Part shown: one piece after another, positions 1-9,593 of the stretch
Layout: each line of letters begins with the position of its first letter
Numbering within the stretch: position 1 is the stretch's first letter
Assembly: GCA_902584215.1 (NCBI GenBank)
Contig: CACHYW010000002.1
Span: forward strand, 11,506 to 75,505
Origin: an uncultured Pelagibacteraceae bacterium
GTDB taxonomy: Bacteria; Pseudomonadota; Alphaproteobacteria; Pelagibacterales; AG-422-B15
Direction of reading: 5' to 3'
Length of the DNA stretch: 64,000 nucleotides
The notes under the pieces: generated by a model
The model's database searches: none
Told to the model about the DNA's origin: nothing
What the model saw: only the letters and a program-made list of their open reading frames with translations
Translations under genes and position numbers: made by a program

Positions 1-819
1 GTTAAATCCTATTTTAATGTTGCAGGCATTGATAATTTTGATGAAGAAGTTCTAAAAATTAATAGTGAAAAATTTTCGAATATTAACGTTAATAAAGTAA
101 ATAATAAGCTTCAACTACAATTTACTATTAGTGAATATAACCAACTAGAAAATATAATAGTTAATTATATTGACGAGTCTAATGCTGCTGCAATTGCAGA
201 CTTAATAAATAATTTAAATAATATAAAAGAAGATATAACAGGTGATAAGGTAATAAGAATTGCAAGAATAGAGAGGGAAATTGAAAATATTAAAAATACA
301 TACGACGATGAGATTAAATCAAGAATACTTTATCTTAAAGAACAAGCACAGATGGCTAGGGAGAGGGGAATAGAGTTTGAAAAGTTTTCAAATTCAAGTG
401 GTTATATGCCACTTGATACAGATATTGAAGATCTCAATATGAACCTGCCATATTATTTTTTAGGTTATAGAAGTATTGAAAATGAAATAGAAATAATTCA
501 AAACAGAAATCTAAATGAAAATCCGTCACATAGTCAGAAGTATGTTGATTTAAATCGCAGAAAAAATTCCTTAATATCTGATAATACAATTGAGCTCTTA
601 AATGATTCAATAAAAGAATTGGAAAATGACTTTGCTGTCCAAGATAAAAATTTTCAATTACTTAATTTTAGTAAAAGTGACTTAAAGGTAACTGCTACTG
701 GCTACCCAAAAATTTATATTATCTTAGTTACAGTTGTAATTTCATTATTTGTTTCAGCTTTTCTTACTGTTTTTATGTCTAACTACTTTAGGTTTGTGAA
801 AAAAAAGGGGACACCATAA
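1..819 (+). CDS. Polysaccharide chain-length determinant (Wzz/PCP)-like protein, C-terminal part; ORF is open from the window edge
   Basis: Frame 1 has no stop from nt 1 to 819, so the track Met at 352 is internal. It has a long polar coiled-coil-like region, then one C-terminal TM (YIILVTVVISLFVSAFLTVF) and a basic tail. It lies next to sugar-nucleotide genes. Confidence 0.4.
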   Translation, partial: VKSYFNVAGIDNFDEEVLKINSEKFSNINVNKVNNKLQLQFTISEYNQLENIIVNYIDESNAAAIADLINNLNNIKEDITGDKVIRIARIEREIENIKNTYDDEIKSRILYLKEQAQMARERGIEFEKFSNSSGYMPLDTDIEDLNMNLPYYFLGYRSIENEIEIIQNRNLNENPSHSQKYVDLNRRKNSLISDNTIELLNDSIKELENDFAVQDKNFQLLNFSKSDLKVTATGYPKIYIILVTVVISLFVSAFLTVFMSNYFRFVKKKGTP

Positions 820-880
820 TCTTTTTGTAAATTAGTCTTTGATTATTACTAAGCTCTAATATTTACAAAATGCATTTATA

Positions 881-1444
881 ATGATGATTATAAAAGACAC
901 TTTCTTAGAAATAGCAAATAACTTCGAAAAGCTAGTTGAAGAGTCTTTAGATGAAATAAAAATAGCCCACGAATTGATGATAGCATCAATTAAAAAGGGT
1001 GGTAAAATTATATATTGTGGTAATGGAGGGTCTGCAGCAGACTCTCAGCACCTTGCCGCGGAGTTGATTGGAAGATATAGAAAAAATAGGAAACCAATAC
1101 CTGCGCTGGCGCTTACTACCGATACTTCAATTATTACTGCAATAGCAAATGATTTTTCATTTGAAGATATATTTTCCCGTCAAATCGAAGCTTTAGGTAA
1201 TAAAAATGATATATTATATGCAATATCAACGAGCGGTAAGAGTAAAAATATAATTGCTTGCATAAAGCTTGCCAAATCAAAAAATATTAAAGTTATTGGC
1301 TTAACAGGAAATGATGGATCTCAGATGTCTGAATATTGTGATGTACTAATCAAAACTCCATCAAACAGGCCCGATAGGATTCAGGAAATGCACATAGCTA
1401 TTGGTCAATTATTATGTCAATTAATTGAAGATGAGCTTTACTAA
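881..1444 (+). CDS. gmhA: Phosphoheptose isomerase (SIS domain)
   Basis: Motifs CGNGGSAADSQHLAAEL and ISTSGKS; 187 aa, typical for GmhA/DiaA. Confidence 0.85.
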   Translation: MMIIKDTFLEIANNFEKLVEESLDEIKIAHELMIASIKKGGKIIYCGNGGSAADSQHLAAELIGRYRKNRKPIPALALTTDTSIITAIANDFSFEDIFSRQIEALGNKNDILYAISTSGKSKNIIACIKLAKSKNIKVIGLTGNDGSQMSEYCDVLIKTPSNRPDRIQEMHIAIGQLLCQLIEDELY

Positions 1445-1528
1445 ATAAGATATGAATAACAATTATTGTACTAATTATAAATGATTAAATTAATAGTTAA
1501 TTTCAAAATTTAATAGGAATAATCTTGT

Positions 1529-2035
1529 ATGACGGAGAAGCTTTGGAAAGTGAAAAAGTCAAGTGTTCATGGTAATGGTGTGTTTGCAGTACAAGATATA
1601 AAAAAAAATAGTAAAATTATTGAATACGTAGGTGAAAAGGTATTAAAAGCTGAAGGCGATAAAAGAAGTGAAAGAAGAATAAAGAAATATCTAGACTCTA
1701 AAACTGATGGATCAGTTTATGTATTTGAGTTAAATAGTAAATACGACATTGATGGCTCTCCATTGTATAATAAGGCCAGATATATAAACCATTCTTGCGC
1801 ACCTAATTGTGAAGTAGATATCATTAACAATCGTATATGGATAAAATCAACTAAAAAAATTAAAAAGGGTGAAGAACTAAGCTATGATTACGGTTATGAG
1901 TTCTCCAAAGATGATTTTAATGATCATGTTTGTAGATGTGGATCAAAAAAATGTATTGGCTTCATTATCTCTTCAGATGATTGGATTAAATATCTTAAAC
2001 ATATAAGTAAAATCGTTAAAAAGAGAAAATTTTAA
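1529..2035 (+). CDS. SET-domain protein (putative protein-lysine methyltransferase)
   Basis: SET hallmarks NHSCAPNC and ELSYDYGY plus a Cys-rich post-SET CRCGSKKC. The stop overlaps the galE ATG by 1 nt. Confidence 0.8.
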   Translation: MTEKLWKVKKSSVHGNGVFAVQDIKKNSKIIEYVGEKVLKAEGDKRSERRIKKYLDSKTDGSVYVFELNSKYDIDGSPLYNKARYINHSCAPNCEVDIINNRIWIKSTKKIKKGEELSYDYGYEFSKDDFNDHVCRCGSKKCIGFIISSDDWIKYLKHISKIVKKRKF

Positions 2036-3033
2036 TGATACTTTTAACAGGTGGTTGTGGATATTTAGGCTCACACTGCGCTGTTGAATTATTGAATAAT
2101 GGATATGAAATAATAATAATAGATAATTTTTCAAATAGTGATAAGAATATTCATAAACACATTGAGTATATTGCAAAAAAAAAAGTTAAACTTATAGAAT
2201 GCGATATAAGAGATAGAAAAAAACTTGATGATATTTTTTTTAATAATAAAATTGAATCAGTCTTCCATTTTGCTGGATTAAAATCAATTTCAGATAGTTT
2301 TAATAAGCCTAAAGATTACTATTCGGTAAATATAATAGGAACAGCAGTTTTATTAGAATTGATGGTCAAATATTGTGTTAGTAAAATTATTTTTTCATCC
2401 TCTGCTACTATCTATAGTGATTACAGCAAGCTCCCATGGCATGAAAAAATTGAACTTAAAATTCCCGAGAGTCCATATGCTCAATCAAAAGTAATTATTG
2501 AAAAATTATTAAAAAATTTTTCTCTTAATCATAATTTTCTTAAAGTTGCTATATTGCGTTATTTTAATCCAGTGGGTGCTCATCACTCTGGTTTAATAGG
2601 CGAGAATTCTACAAATTCGACAAATTTGTTTCCTGAAATTATTAAATATCTTAATAATGAAATACCTCATATTAATATTTATGGTAATAATTTTGATACT
2701 CATGATGGCTATGGTGTAAGAGATTACATTCATGTAAGTGATCTGATTAATGGTCATATAGAGGCTTTAAATTTTATCTTAAAGCATAATAAAACATACA
2801 ACTATGATGTCTGGAATCTTGGCTCCGGTAAAGGTCGAAGTGTGCTTGAGATAATAAACGCATTCGAAAAAAAGCTAAATCGAAAACTGAAATATGTAAT
2901 TAAGCCAAGAAGGAAAGGCGATTTAGGACAATATTGGGCTGATATAAATAAAGCAAAAAGAGAACTAGGATGGGATCCTAAAAAAACTCTCAATGAAATT
3001 GTTGAAGACTCATTAATGAACCTAAAAGAATGA
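2035..3033 (+). CDS. galE: UDP-glucose 4-epimerase
   Basis: N-terminal Rossmann motif TGGCGYLGSH, catalytic YAQSK, 332 aa. Confidence 0.85.
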   Translation: MILLTGGCGYLGSHCAVELLNNGYEIIIIDNFSNSDKNIHKHIEYIAKKKVKLIECDIRDRKKLDDIFFNNKIESVFHFAGLKSISDSFNKPKDYYSVNIIGTAVLLELMVKYCVSKIIFSSSATIYSDYSKLPWHEKIELKIPESPYAQSKVIIEKLLKNFSLNHNFLKVAILRYFNPVGAHHSGLIGENSTNSTNLFPEIIKYLNNEIPHINIYGNNFDTHDGYGVRDYIHVSDLINGHIEALNFILKHNKTYNYDVWNLGSGKGRSVLEIINAFEKKLNRKLKYVIKPRRKGDLGQYWADINKAKRELGWDPKKTLNEIVEDSLMNLKE

Positions 3034-3061
3034 TTAAAAATTTATAATAAGATTTACATTA

Positions 3062-4000
3062 TTAAATTTTACTTATTTTTGAAAAAGTATTACTCTTTCC
3101 TTGCTTAATTGACATTTCTATTTGAGATTGTCTTGCCTTAGAGCGTTTCTTTTGACTTGTAGTTCTAAATTTGTAACAGTGCGGACATTGAACACCTTTT
3201 TCATAATACTTAGACTTTAAATCTTTTTTTGAAATAGGTCTCCTACATCCATAACATTGAGAATATTTACCTTTAGTTAGGTCACTATTTATTGTTACCC
3301 GATCATCAAAAACAAAACATTCACCATTCCAAAAAGAATTTTGTTTATTTTTTTTAAAATAATTTAAATAATTTAAAATACCACCCTTCAATTGATACAC
3401 TTTTTTATAGCCCTGAGATTTAAGGTAAGCCGATGCCTTTTCGCATCTTATGCCACCAGTGCAATATATAGCTAAACTGTCACTTTTTTTAATTTTTAAC
3501 TTTTTTATTTTTGAAGGAAATTCTCTGAAAGTATCAGTAGTTGGATTCAAAGAGGAAATAAATTGTCCAATTTCAACTTCATACTGATTTCTTACATCAA
3601 TAATTTTTGTTTTCTTATTTTTTAATAATTTGTTCCAAACATCTGGATTTATATATTCTTTACTATTATGAATGGAACTAATTTTTCCTTTACCAAGAGA
3701 CACTATCTCTTTTTTAATTCTTACCTTTAATCTATTAAAAGGGAGAAAATCAATTGAGTTTGAATTACTAGAAATTTTTTTTATCTTCAATATTTGCTTA
3801 ATAAATTTAATAGTACTTAAAATATTATTTTTCTTACCGGATAATGATCCATTGATGCCTTCATCTGATAGTAAAATAGTTCCTCTAATAACCTTATCTC
3901 TAAGGTAATTATCAATTAAATCTTTAATTGTTTTCTTGTTTTTTATTTTTATAAATCTATAAAAAGAAATTATAATTAATTCATTCTCTAAGTAAGTCAT
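3062..4000 (-). CDS. trhO: Rhodanese-domain tRNA uridine(34) hydroxylase (UPF0176/YceA family)
   Basis: Rhodanese active-site loop CTGGIRCEKA and a C-terminal Cys cluster (CYGC...CPHC), as in YceA/TrhO. Confidence 0.75.
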   Translation of the reverse strand: MTYLENELIIISFYRFIKIKNKKTIKDLIDNYLRDKVIRGTILLSDEGINGSLSGKKNNILSTIKFIKQILKIKKISSNSNSIDFLPFNRLKVRIKKEIVSLGKGKISSIHNSKEYINPDVWNKLLKNKKTKIIDVRNQYEVEIGQFISSLNPTTDTFREFPSKIKKLKIKKSDSLAIYCTGGIRCEKASAYLKSQGYKKVYQLKGGILNYLNYFKKNKQNSFWNGECFVFDDRVTINSDLTKGKYSQCYGCRRPISKKDLKSKYYEKGVQCPHCYKFRTTSQKKRSKARQSQIEMSIKQGKSNTFSKISKI

Positions 4001-4115
4001 TCATAATTTACCAGGTATATTGTAGACTCAGAATATACATTGCGAGTTAAAATCGAAATGATATATTAAGATAACATAATTTAATAATTAATTTTTTTTA
4101 TTACTGTTCCACTAA

Positions 4116-5138
4116 ATGAAAAAAAAGAAAGCATTTATAACTGGAGTTTCTGGTCAAGACGGTTCATATCTAGCAAAATTATTACTTGAAAAAGGATATG
4201 AGGTTGTTGGAGGTGAAAGAATAAATACAGAAAAGAATTATTGGAGGCTTAAGGAATTAAAAATTGAGAGAGATATACGTATTATTCCATTTGAGCTATT
4301 GGACGAAAATAACATAAATAAAGTAATCAAGAGTGGTAAATATTCTGAGTTTTATAATTTAGCAGCCCAATCATTTGTCAATAAATCATTTTTAAGTCCA
4401 GTATATACTACAAAAATTAATGCACTTTCTGTCGTTAATATTTTGGAAGCTATAAAAAATTTTTCTAGAAATACTAGATTTTACCAAGCATCTTCATCTG
4501 AAATGTTTGGAAAAATTAATACTAAAATGAGAAACGAAAAAACGAATTTTATACCTGTAAGTCCTTATGCCATATCAAAGCTTTATGCTCATTGGATGTT
4601 AGATATATATCGTGATGTACATAAATTATATTGTTGCTCAGGAATCTTGTTTAATCATGACTCGCCATTAAGAGGGGAGGATTTTGTTACAAAAAAAATT
4701 GTAAGTGATTTAATTAAAATTAAATTAAAGAAAAAATCATTGTTAACTCTAGGGAATATATATGTAAGAAGAGACTGGGGTTATTCAAATGATTATGTCG
4801 AGGCAATGTGGAAAATGCTTCAGCAAAAAAAGGCAGATGACTATGTTATTTCATCTGGAATTACACATAATGTAAAGACATTTGTAAATAAGGTTGCTAA
4901 GAATTTAGAAATTGATCTAATCTGGAAGGGTGAAGGATTACTAGAAAGAGCTATTGACAAATATACCAACAAAACAATTGTCAGAATAAGTAAAAAATTT
5001 TTCAGGCCAAATGAAATCGATCATGCTTTTGGTAGTTCATCCAAGGCTCATAAGATCTTAAAATGGAAACCTAAAACTGATATCGACAACCTTGTAAGAA
5101 TTATGTGTGAAGCAGAATTAAGAAAGTATAAAAAATAA
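4116..5138 (+). CDS. gmd: GDP-mannose 4,6-dehydratase-like NAD-dependent sugar dehydratase
   Basis: ITGVSGQDGSYLAKLLLEKGYEV N-terminus, NLAAQSFV, catalytic YAISK; 340 aa. Confidence 0.7.
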   Translation: MKKKKAFITGVSGQDGSYLAKLLLEKGYEVVGGERINTEKNYWRLKELKIERDIRIIPFELLDENNINKVIKSGKYSEFYNLAAQSFVNKSFLSPVYTTKINALSVVNILEAIKNFSRNTRFYQASSSEMFGKINTKMRNEKTNFIPVSPYAISKLYAHWMLDIYRDVHKLYCCSGILFNHDSPLRGEDFVTKKIVSDLIKIKLKKKSLLTLGNIYVRRDWGYSNDYVEAMWKMLQQKKADDYVISSGITHNVKTFVNKVAKNLEIDLIWKGEGLLERAIDKYTNKTIVRISKKFFRPNEIDHAFGSSSKAHKILKWKPKTDIDNLVRIMCEAELRKYKK

Positions 5139-5149
5139 AAATATCAAAA

Positions 5150-5968
5150 TTATTTTTTTAAAGAATATGTAATTCTCTTTAAATGATCAGTTAATTCAAA
5201 TCTGTCTTTAAAATGTGAAATTTTTTCATAATTAATTATGTCTCCTGAGTATATAACAACTTCTTTACCTATTTTTTTCTTGGTTTCGTGTATATAGGAT
5301 GAATATTTCAATGTTTGATTTTTAAGTTTAGAAGCAAATAGATGAAACAGCAATCCATTTTTACCATCAAAGAAGATTGGAAGAATATCTGACTTAGTTT
5401 GTTGTATTAATTTTGCTGGAAAAAGCTTCCACTCATCATCAGTTGCCTCATCTTTTATTTTTTTAGCTGTAGAAACTGATCCAGATGGAAATATTATTAA
5501 TACTCCTTTGTTTAACAAGTGATCACGCGCTTTATGAGATGTGACCACATTTAATTTTTTGGCTTCATTACTTCTTGCACTAAAATCGACGGGTAGTATA
5601 TATTGTTCTAATTCAGGCAAAAACTGAAGAGTCTCATGTGTCATTATTTTAAAGTCTTGTCTTTGTTCTGAAACAAGCGAACATAAAATTAGACCGTCAA
5701 TAATTCCAAATGGATGGTTTGCAATTACGACAAGTGAATTAGAGTTATTAAAATCCACTTCATTTTGAGATTTATTTATAATCTTTATATCCATTAGTTT
5801 TAAAATATCTGTCCAGAAATGTGAGGGATCTTTAGGGTTTATGGTATAATCTTTATATAGCTTTTCTAGTTTTCTTTTTCCACTTACTGTCTCTATAGTT
5901 TTTATTATTAATCTCTGCGCAAAGTTATGTTCAACTTTAGAAGCGTATGAAAAATCTATTTTACTCAT
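5150..5968 (-). CDS. Lysophospholipid (PlsC-type) acyltransferase family protein
   Basis: HX4D acyltransferase motif NHPFGIIDG and a downstream FPSG motif. Confidence 0.55.
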   Translation of the reverse strand: MSKIDFSYASKVEHNFAQRLIIKTIETVSGKRKLEKLYKDYTINPKDPSHFWTDILKLMDIKIINKSQNEVDFNNSNSLVVIANHPFGIIDGLILCSLVSEQRQDFKIMTHETLQFLPELEQYILPVDFSARSNEAKKLNVVTSHKARDHLLNKGVLIIFPSGSVSTAKKIKDEATDDEWKLFPAKLIQQTKSDILPIFFDGKNGLLFHLFASKLKNQTLKYSSYIHETKKKIGKEVVIYSGDIINYEKISHFKDRFELTDHLKRITYSLKK

Positions 5969-5969
5969 C

Positions 5970-6590
5970 TTAATATTCTACAGGTATAGGATCCAAACTT
6001 CTCCAAAAATACCAAGTAGCAACAGATCTGTATGGAATCCATTTTCTTGATATTTTTATAGCATGCTTCTTTGGTATGGGATACTTCAAATTATAACACT
6101 CACAAATTCCTTTTATTACACCCAAGTCATCTGCAGGAAAAATATCAGGCCTGCAAAGATTAAAAATAAGAAACATTTCTGCTGTCCATCGTCCTATACC
6201 TTTAATTTGAATTAGCTCTTCAATGATTTCTTCATCACTTAAATTATTCCATTTTGATGGTTCAATTTTCTTTAAAATAAATGCATCTGCTAAAGACTTA
6301 AGGTATGTTATTTTTTGTCTTGATAAGCCACAGGATTTCATTGTCATAAAATGACTTTTCTTAATATTTAGTGGTCTCATATTTTTTATTTTAATTTCCA
6401 ATTTGTCCCATACAGCTTGTGCAGCTTTAACTGAGATTTGTTGTCCTACAATAGACCTAGACAGTGTATAAAAGGGGTCAGATTTTGTAAAAAGAAAATC
6501 TTTTGGATAAGATTTAATAATTGATCCAAGTTTTCTATCCCTTTTGATTAATTCTTTTTTAGCTTTTTCCCAAAAAAAAGGCTTTTTCAT
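5970..6590 (-). CDS. alkA: DNA-3-methyladenine glycosylase II (HhH-GPD family)
   Basis: HhH-GPD signature IKGIGRWTAEMFLIF...PADDLGV. Confidence 0.75.
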   Translation of the reverse strand: MKKPFFWEKAKKELIKRDRKLGSIIKSYPKDFLFTKSDPFYTLSRSIVGQQISVKAAQAVWDKLEIKIKNMRPLNIKKSHFMTMKSCGLSRQKITYLKSLADAFILKKIEPSKWNNLSDEEIIEELIQIKGIGRWTAEMFLIFNLCRPDIFPADDLGVIKGICECYNLKYPIPKKHAIKISRKWIPYRSVATWYFWRSLDPIPVEY

Positions 6591-6672
6591 ATTTATTAGT
6601 TAAATTTTTATATTGTCATATAGTTCATAAAATGGTTAATTGCCAATCTAAATTTTAACATGGAGATTATAT

Positions 6673-6987
6673 ATGACTGATGTAGCAAGTTTATTATCAG
6701 AATTCCAAAAGGGTATTGAAGGTAAAGATACTGGACTAGGTGCAACTGTAAAATTTGATTTTGAAGGAGCTGGATGTATTTATTTAGATGGAAAATCTAA
6801 TCCTAATACTGTTTCTGATGAAGATAAAGATGCTGACTGCACTCTGTCTATGTCAATGGAGACTTTTGAACAAATGAGATCAGGTGAAGTTGATGGAACC
6901 TCTGCGTTCATGCAAGGTAAGCTAAAAGTTTCAGGCGACATGTCTATAGCAATGAAATTACAATCAGTAATGGATGCTCTTGGATAA
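6673..6987 (+). CDS. SCP2 sterol-carrier-like domain protein
   Basis: 104 aa; C-terminal FMQGKLKVSGDMSIAMKL is typical of SCP2 domains. Confidence 0.7.
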   Translation: MTDVASLLSEFQKGIEGKDTGLGATVKFDFEGAGCIYLDGKSNPNTVSDEDKDADCTLSMSMETFEQMRSGEVDGTSAFMQGKLKVSGDMSIAMKLQSVMDALG

Positions 6988-7010
6988 AAAAATATTTAGA
7001 CGCTTAATTT

Positions 7011-7042
7011 AAAACCCAGTTATTCTCTAACTGGGTTTTTTT
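7011..7042. terminator. Bidirectional hairpin between convergent genes
   Basis: 12-bp perfect stem AAAACCCAGTTA / TAACTGGGTTTT with a 5-nt loop, followed by a T run. Confidence 0.5.
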
Positions 7043-7823
7043 ATTTCATTTTTCTTGATGCCTTTTTAAACAATTCTCTGCTAGTTGTTGCAATAATCCT
7101 GCCCCCGTTATGTATTTTATTACCTTCCCAAGTTTCTAGTATTCCACCAGCATTTTTAATTATTGGTTCTAAGGCTCTAATATCCCATGGCTTAAGTCCA
7201 CTCTCGACAACAATATCAATATGACCGTCTGCTAACAGGCAATAGCTATAACAGTCTCCTCCAAGCCTTACAGTTTTCACGCTTCGAGCTAATCTTTCAA
7301 AAATTTTTTGATCGTACTCATTAGCGAATACATACGGGGAGGTTGTATTTAAAACACTTTCTCTGAGTTTAATTGTATTCCTTACATTAAGTTTACTTTT
7401 TTTTTCATTTATAATCTTATAAGAAAATTTTGAGTAACCGATGTAACGCTCATTTAATGCAGGTATATCTGCTATACCAAGAATAATTTCATTTTTTTTT
7501 GATAAAGAAATTAGAGTACCCCAGATAGGAAAACCTTGTATAAAAGATTTTGTACCGTCAATTGGATCAATGCACCATTGGTAATCACTACTATTTTCAA
7601 TACTTTCCTCCTCTCCCAGAATTGAATGACTTGGAAAATACTTATTAATTATTTTATTGATTTCTTTTTGAATCTTAATGTCTGCAACAGTAACTGGATC
7701 AAATATTATTTTACTCTTTGATTTAATATTTAATTTTTTCTTGAAATAATATAAAGAAATTTTTCTAGCTTCATCGGCTATAAAATTTGCTACTTTAATA
7801 AAATTTTTAATATTTTCTTTCAT
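7041..7823 (-). CDS. hisN: Inositol-monophosphatase-family phosphatase, probably histidinol-phosphatase
   Basis: WCIDPIDGTKSF metal-binding motif; RLGGDCYSYCLLADGHIDIVVE resembles the HisN subgroup. Confidence 0.6.
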   Translation of the reverse strand: MKENIKNFIKVANFIADEARKISLYYFKKKLNIKSKSKIIFDPVTVADIKIQKEINKIINKYFPSHSILGEEESIENSSDYQWCIDPIDGTKSFIQGFPIWGTLISLSKKNEIILGIADIPALNERYIGYSKFSYKIINEKKSKLNVRNTIKLRESVLNTTSPYVFANEYDQKIFERLARSVKTVRLGGDCYSYCLLADGHIDIVVESGLKPWDIRALEPIIKNAGGILETWEGNKIHNGGRIIATTSRELFKKASRKMK

Positions 7824-7866
7824 ATGAAAAAAATAATATTTGATTTATATTTTTTGAACTTTTATC

Positions 7867-9156
7867 ATGAATATGATGATTAGAAAAATTAATATTCTAC
7901 TAATAATCTTAATTTTACCAATTTACGTACTTGCTGATCAGACTTTTTCTATTAAAAGTATTGGCGAAAGAGTTCCAATTACCAGTCCTCTGAATGAATT
8001 TAATCCAGAATTAGATTCCTATCCTGATCCATTTTCATCTGATCAAATAATTTTTACAATAAACTCAAAAAACTATCTAAAATTTAAGGAAACTCTCTTA
8101 ACTCCTGGTCAGGTTAAAATGTTTAAAGCATACCCTAAGACATTTAAAATGAATATTTATCCTTCTAGAAGAAGTTGTGCAGTTCCACCTGAAGTATTAG
8201 AGCTCACAAAAGAGAATGCCTTATTGATAGATAAAGGTGAGGGAGTTGATGGAACAGTTGGGAGTATACCATTTCCATATCCAATTGAAGCTCTTCATCA
8301 TGTATGGAATCATATACTAAGATATAGAGGAACTGAAATACAGAGTAGTTCGCCATTCTTCATAGTTAATCCAGATGGAACAAGAACTTATGGAGAAGGT
8401 AAGTCAATTGCTAAAAATTTTTGGAATCCTTTTACGAAGGATAAAAATAAAGACTTGCAAGGAATGCTGATGACAAGAGTTACTCATCCACCAAGATTAG
8501 CGGATGCTTCAACATTAGTAATTGAATCGTTGAATGCTTTTCAAACCCCCCGTAGAGCGTGGGTTTATAATCCTGGAACCAGAAGAGTACGCAGAGCACC
8601 AGACATTAATTATGATTATAAGCCAAGTGCAAGCCAGGGATTAACAACTGTGGATCAGGTTGATGGATTTAACGGTGCTAAGGACAGATACAATTGGTCA
8701 AATCATGGTACAAAGTTGAAATTAGTGCCATACAATGCTTATATGTTCCATGAGACTCCGCTTGAAGAAGTCTTAACAGCTTTTCATGTAAATCAAGATT
8801 ATCTTAGATATGAACTTGTAAATGTAAATGTGGTAGAAGCAAACTTAAAAAAAGACAAGAGACATAGTATACCCAAAAGGATGATGTATTTTGATGTTGA
8901 TAGTCATAATATGCTAATTGAGGAAACATTTGACGAAGAAAATACATTAATGGCATATAGGGAGTTCCCACTTATTAACTTTTATGATCAACCTATGTGT
9001 TTGTCCATTCATTCAGCAACATATGACTTTGCAACACGACGATACCAACTCCAAAGTGTAAGATCTGCTGATTTACCAAAGGTTAAATGGAGACTAAATA
9101 AGCCACATGATATTAAGATGTTTACACCTGATGGATTAAAAAGATTTGCCCGATAG
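7867..9156 (+). CDS. DUF1329-like secreted/outer-membrane lipoprotein-sorting-fold protein
   Basis: N-terminal signal peptide. The GSIPFPYP...VWNHILRYRG block matches my recollection of DUF1329. Confidence 0.5.
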   Translation: MNMMIRKINILLIILILPIYVLADQTFSIKSIGERVPITSPLNEFNPELDSYPDPFSSDQIIFTINSKNYLKFKETLLTPGQVKMFKAYPKTFKMNIYPSRRSCAVPPEVLELTKENALLIDKGEGVDGTVGSIPFPYPIEALHHVWNHILRYRGTEIQSSSPFFIVNPDGTRTYGEGKSIAKNFWNPFTKDKNKDLQGMLMTRVTHPPRLADASTLVIESLNAFQTPRRAWVYNPGTRRVRRAPDINYDYKPSASQGLTTVDQVDGFNGAKDRYNWSNHGTKLKLVPYNAYMFHETPLEEVLTAFHVNQDYLRYELVNVNVVEANLKKDKRHSIPKRMMYFDVDSHNMLIEETFDEENTLMAYREFPLINFYDQPMCLSIHSATYDFATRRYQLQSVRSADLPKVKWRLNKPHDIKMFTPDGLKRFAR

Positions 9157-9201
9157 CTATAGATAGGTACTAAATAATGGTATATAAAATCCTTGATTAA
9201 A

Positions 9202-9276
9202 GGGCACGTAGCTCAGTGGTAGAGCATCACGTTGACATCGTGGGGGTTGTTGGTTCGATCCCAACCGTGCCCACCA
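9202..9276 (+). tRNA. tRNA-Val (anticodon GAC), CCA encoded
   Basis: Hand-folded cloverleaf: acceptor GGGCACG/CGTGCCC, D stem GCTC/GAGC, anticodon stem TCACG/CGTGG with loop TTGACAT, T arm GTTGG-TTCGATC-CCAAC. Confidence 0.9.
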
Positions 9277-9329
9277 TATAAATAATGTGTTGTTTTTTTC
9301 GACTTTTTATATAAAAGATCGCATTATAT

Positions 9330-9458
9330 ATGAAAAAGCCAAATAAAATTAGAGAAGCTAGACTAAATAAAAAGCGTTTTAAAAAGAATAACATCCGTAA
9401 AGAAAAAGTTAGACTAAAGAGGATTGAGGATGCTAATACTCCTCAAGTTGAGCAATAG
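9330..9458 (+). CDS. Hypothetical 42-aa very basic peptide immediately upstream of rpmJ
   Basis: ATG...[48 protein letters not shown] ending 2 nt before rpmJ. No homolog recognised and no clear SD. Confidence 0.2.
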   Translation: MKKPNKIREARLNKKRFKKNNIRKEKVRLKRIEDANTPQVEQ

Positions 9459-9460
9459 TC

Positions 9461-9586
9461 ATGAAAGTAAGAAGCTCGTTAAAGAATCTCAAAACCAGAG
9501 ACCGTAATAATAAACTTATAAAGCGTAAGGGCCGTCTTTACGTTATAAATAAGAAAAATCCAAGAATGAAAGCTCGCCAAGGTTAA
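9461..9586 (+). CDS. rpmJ: 50S ribosomal protein L36
   Basis: 41-aa [44 protein letters not shown] matches the Cys-less L36 form. It is below the ORF-track size cutoff. Confidence 0.85.
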   Translation: MKVRSSLKNLKTRDRNNKLIKRKGRLYVINKKNPRMKARQG

Positions 9587-9593
9587 TAAACTT

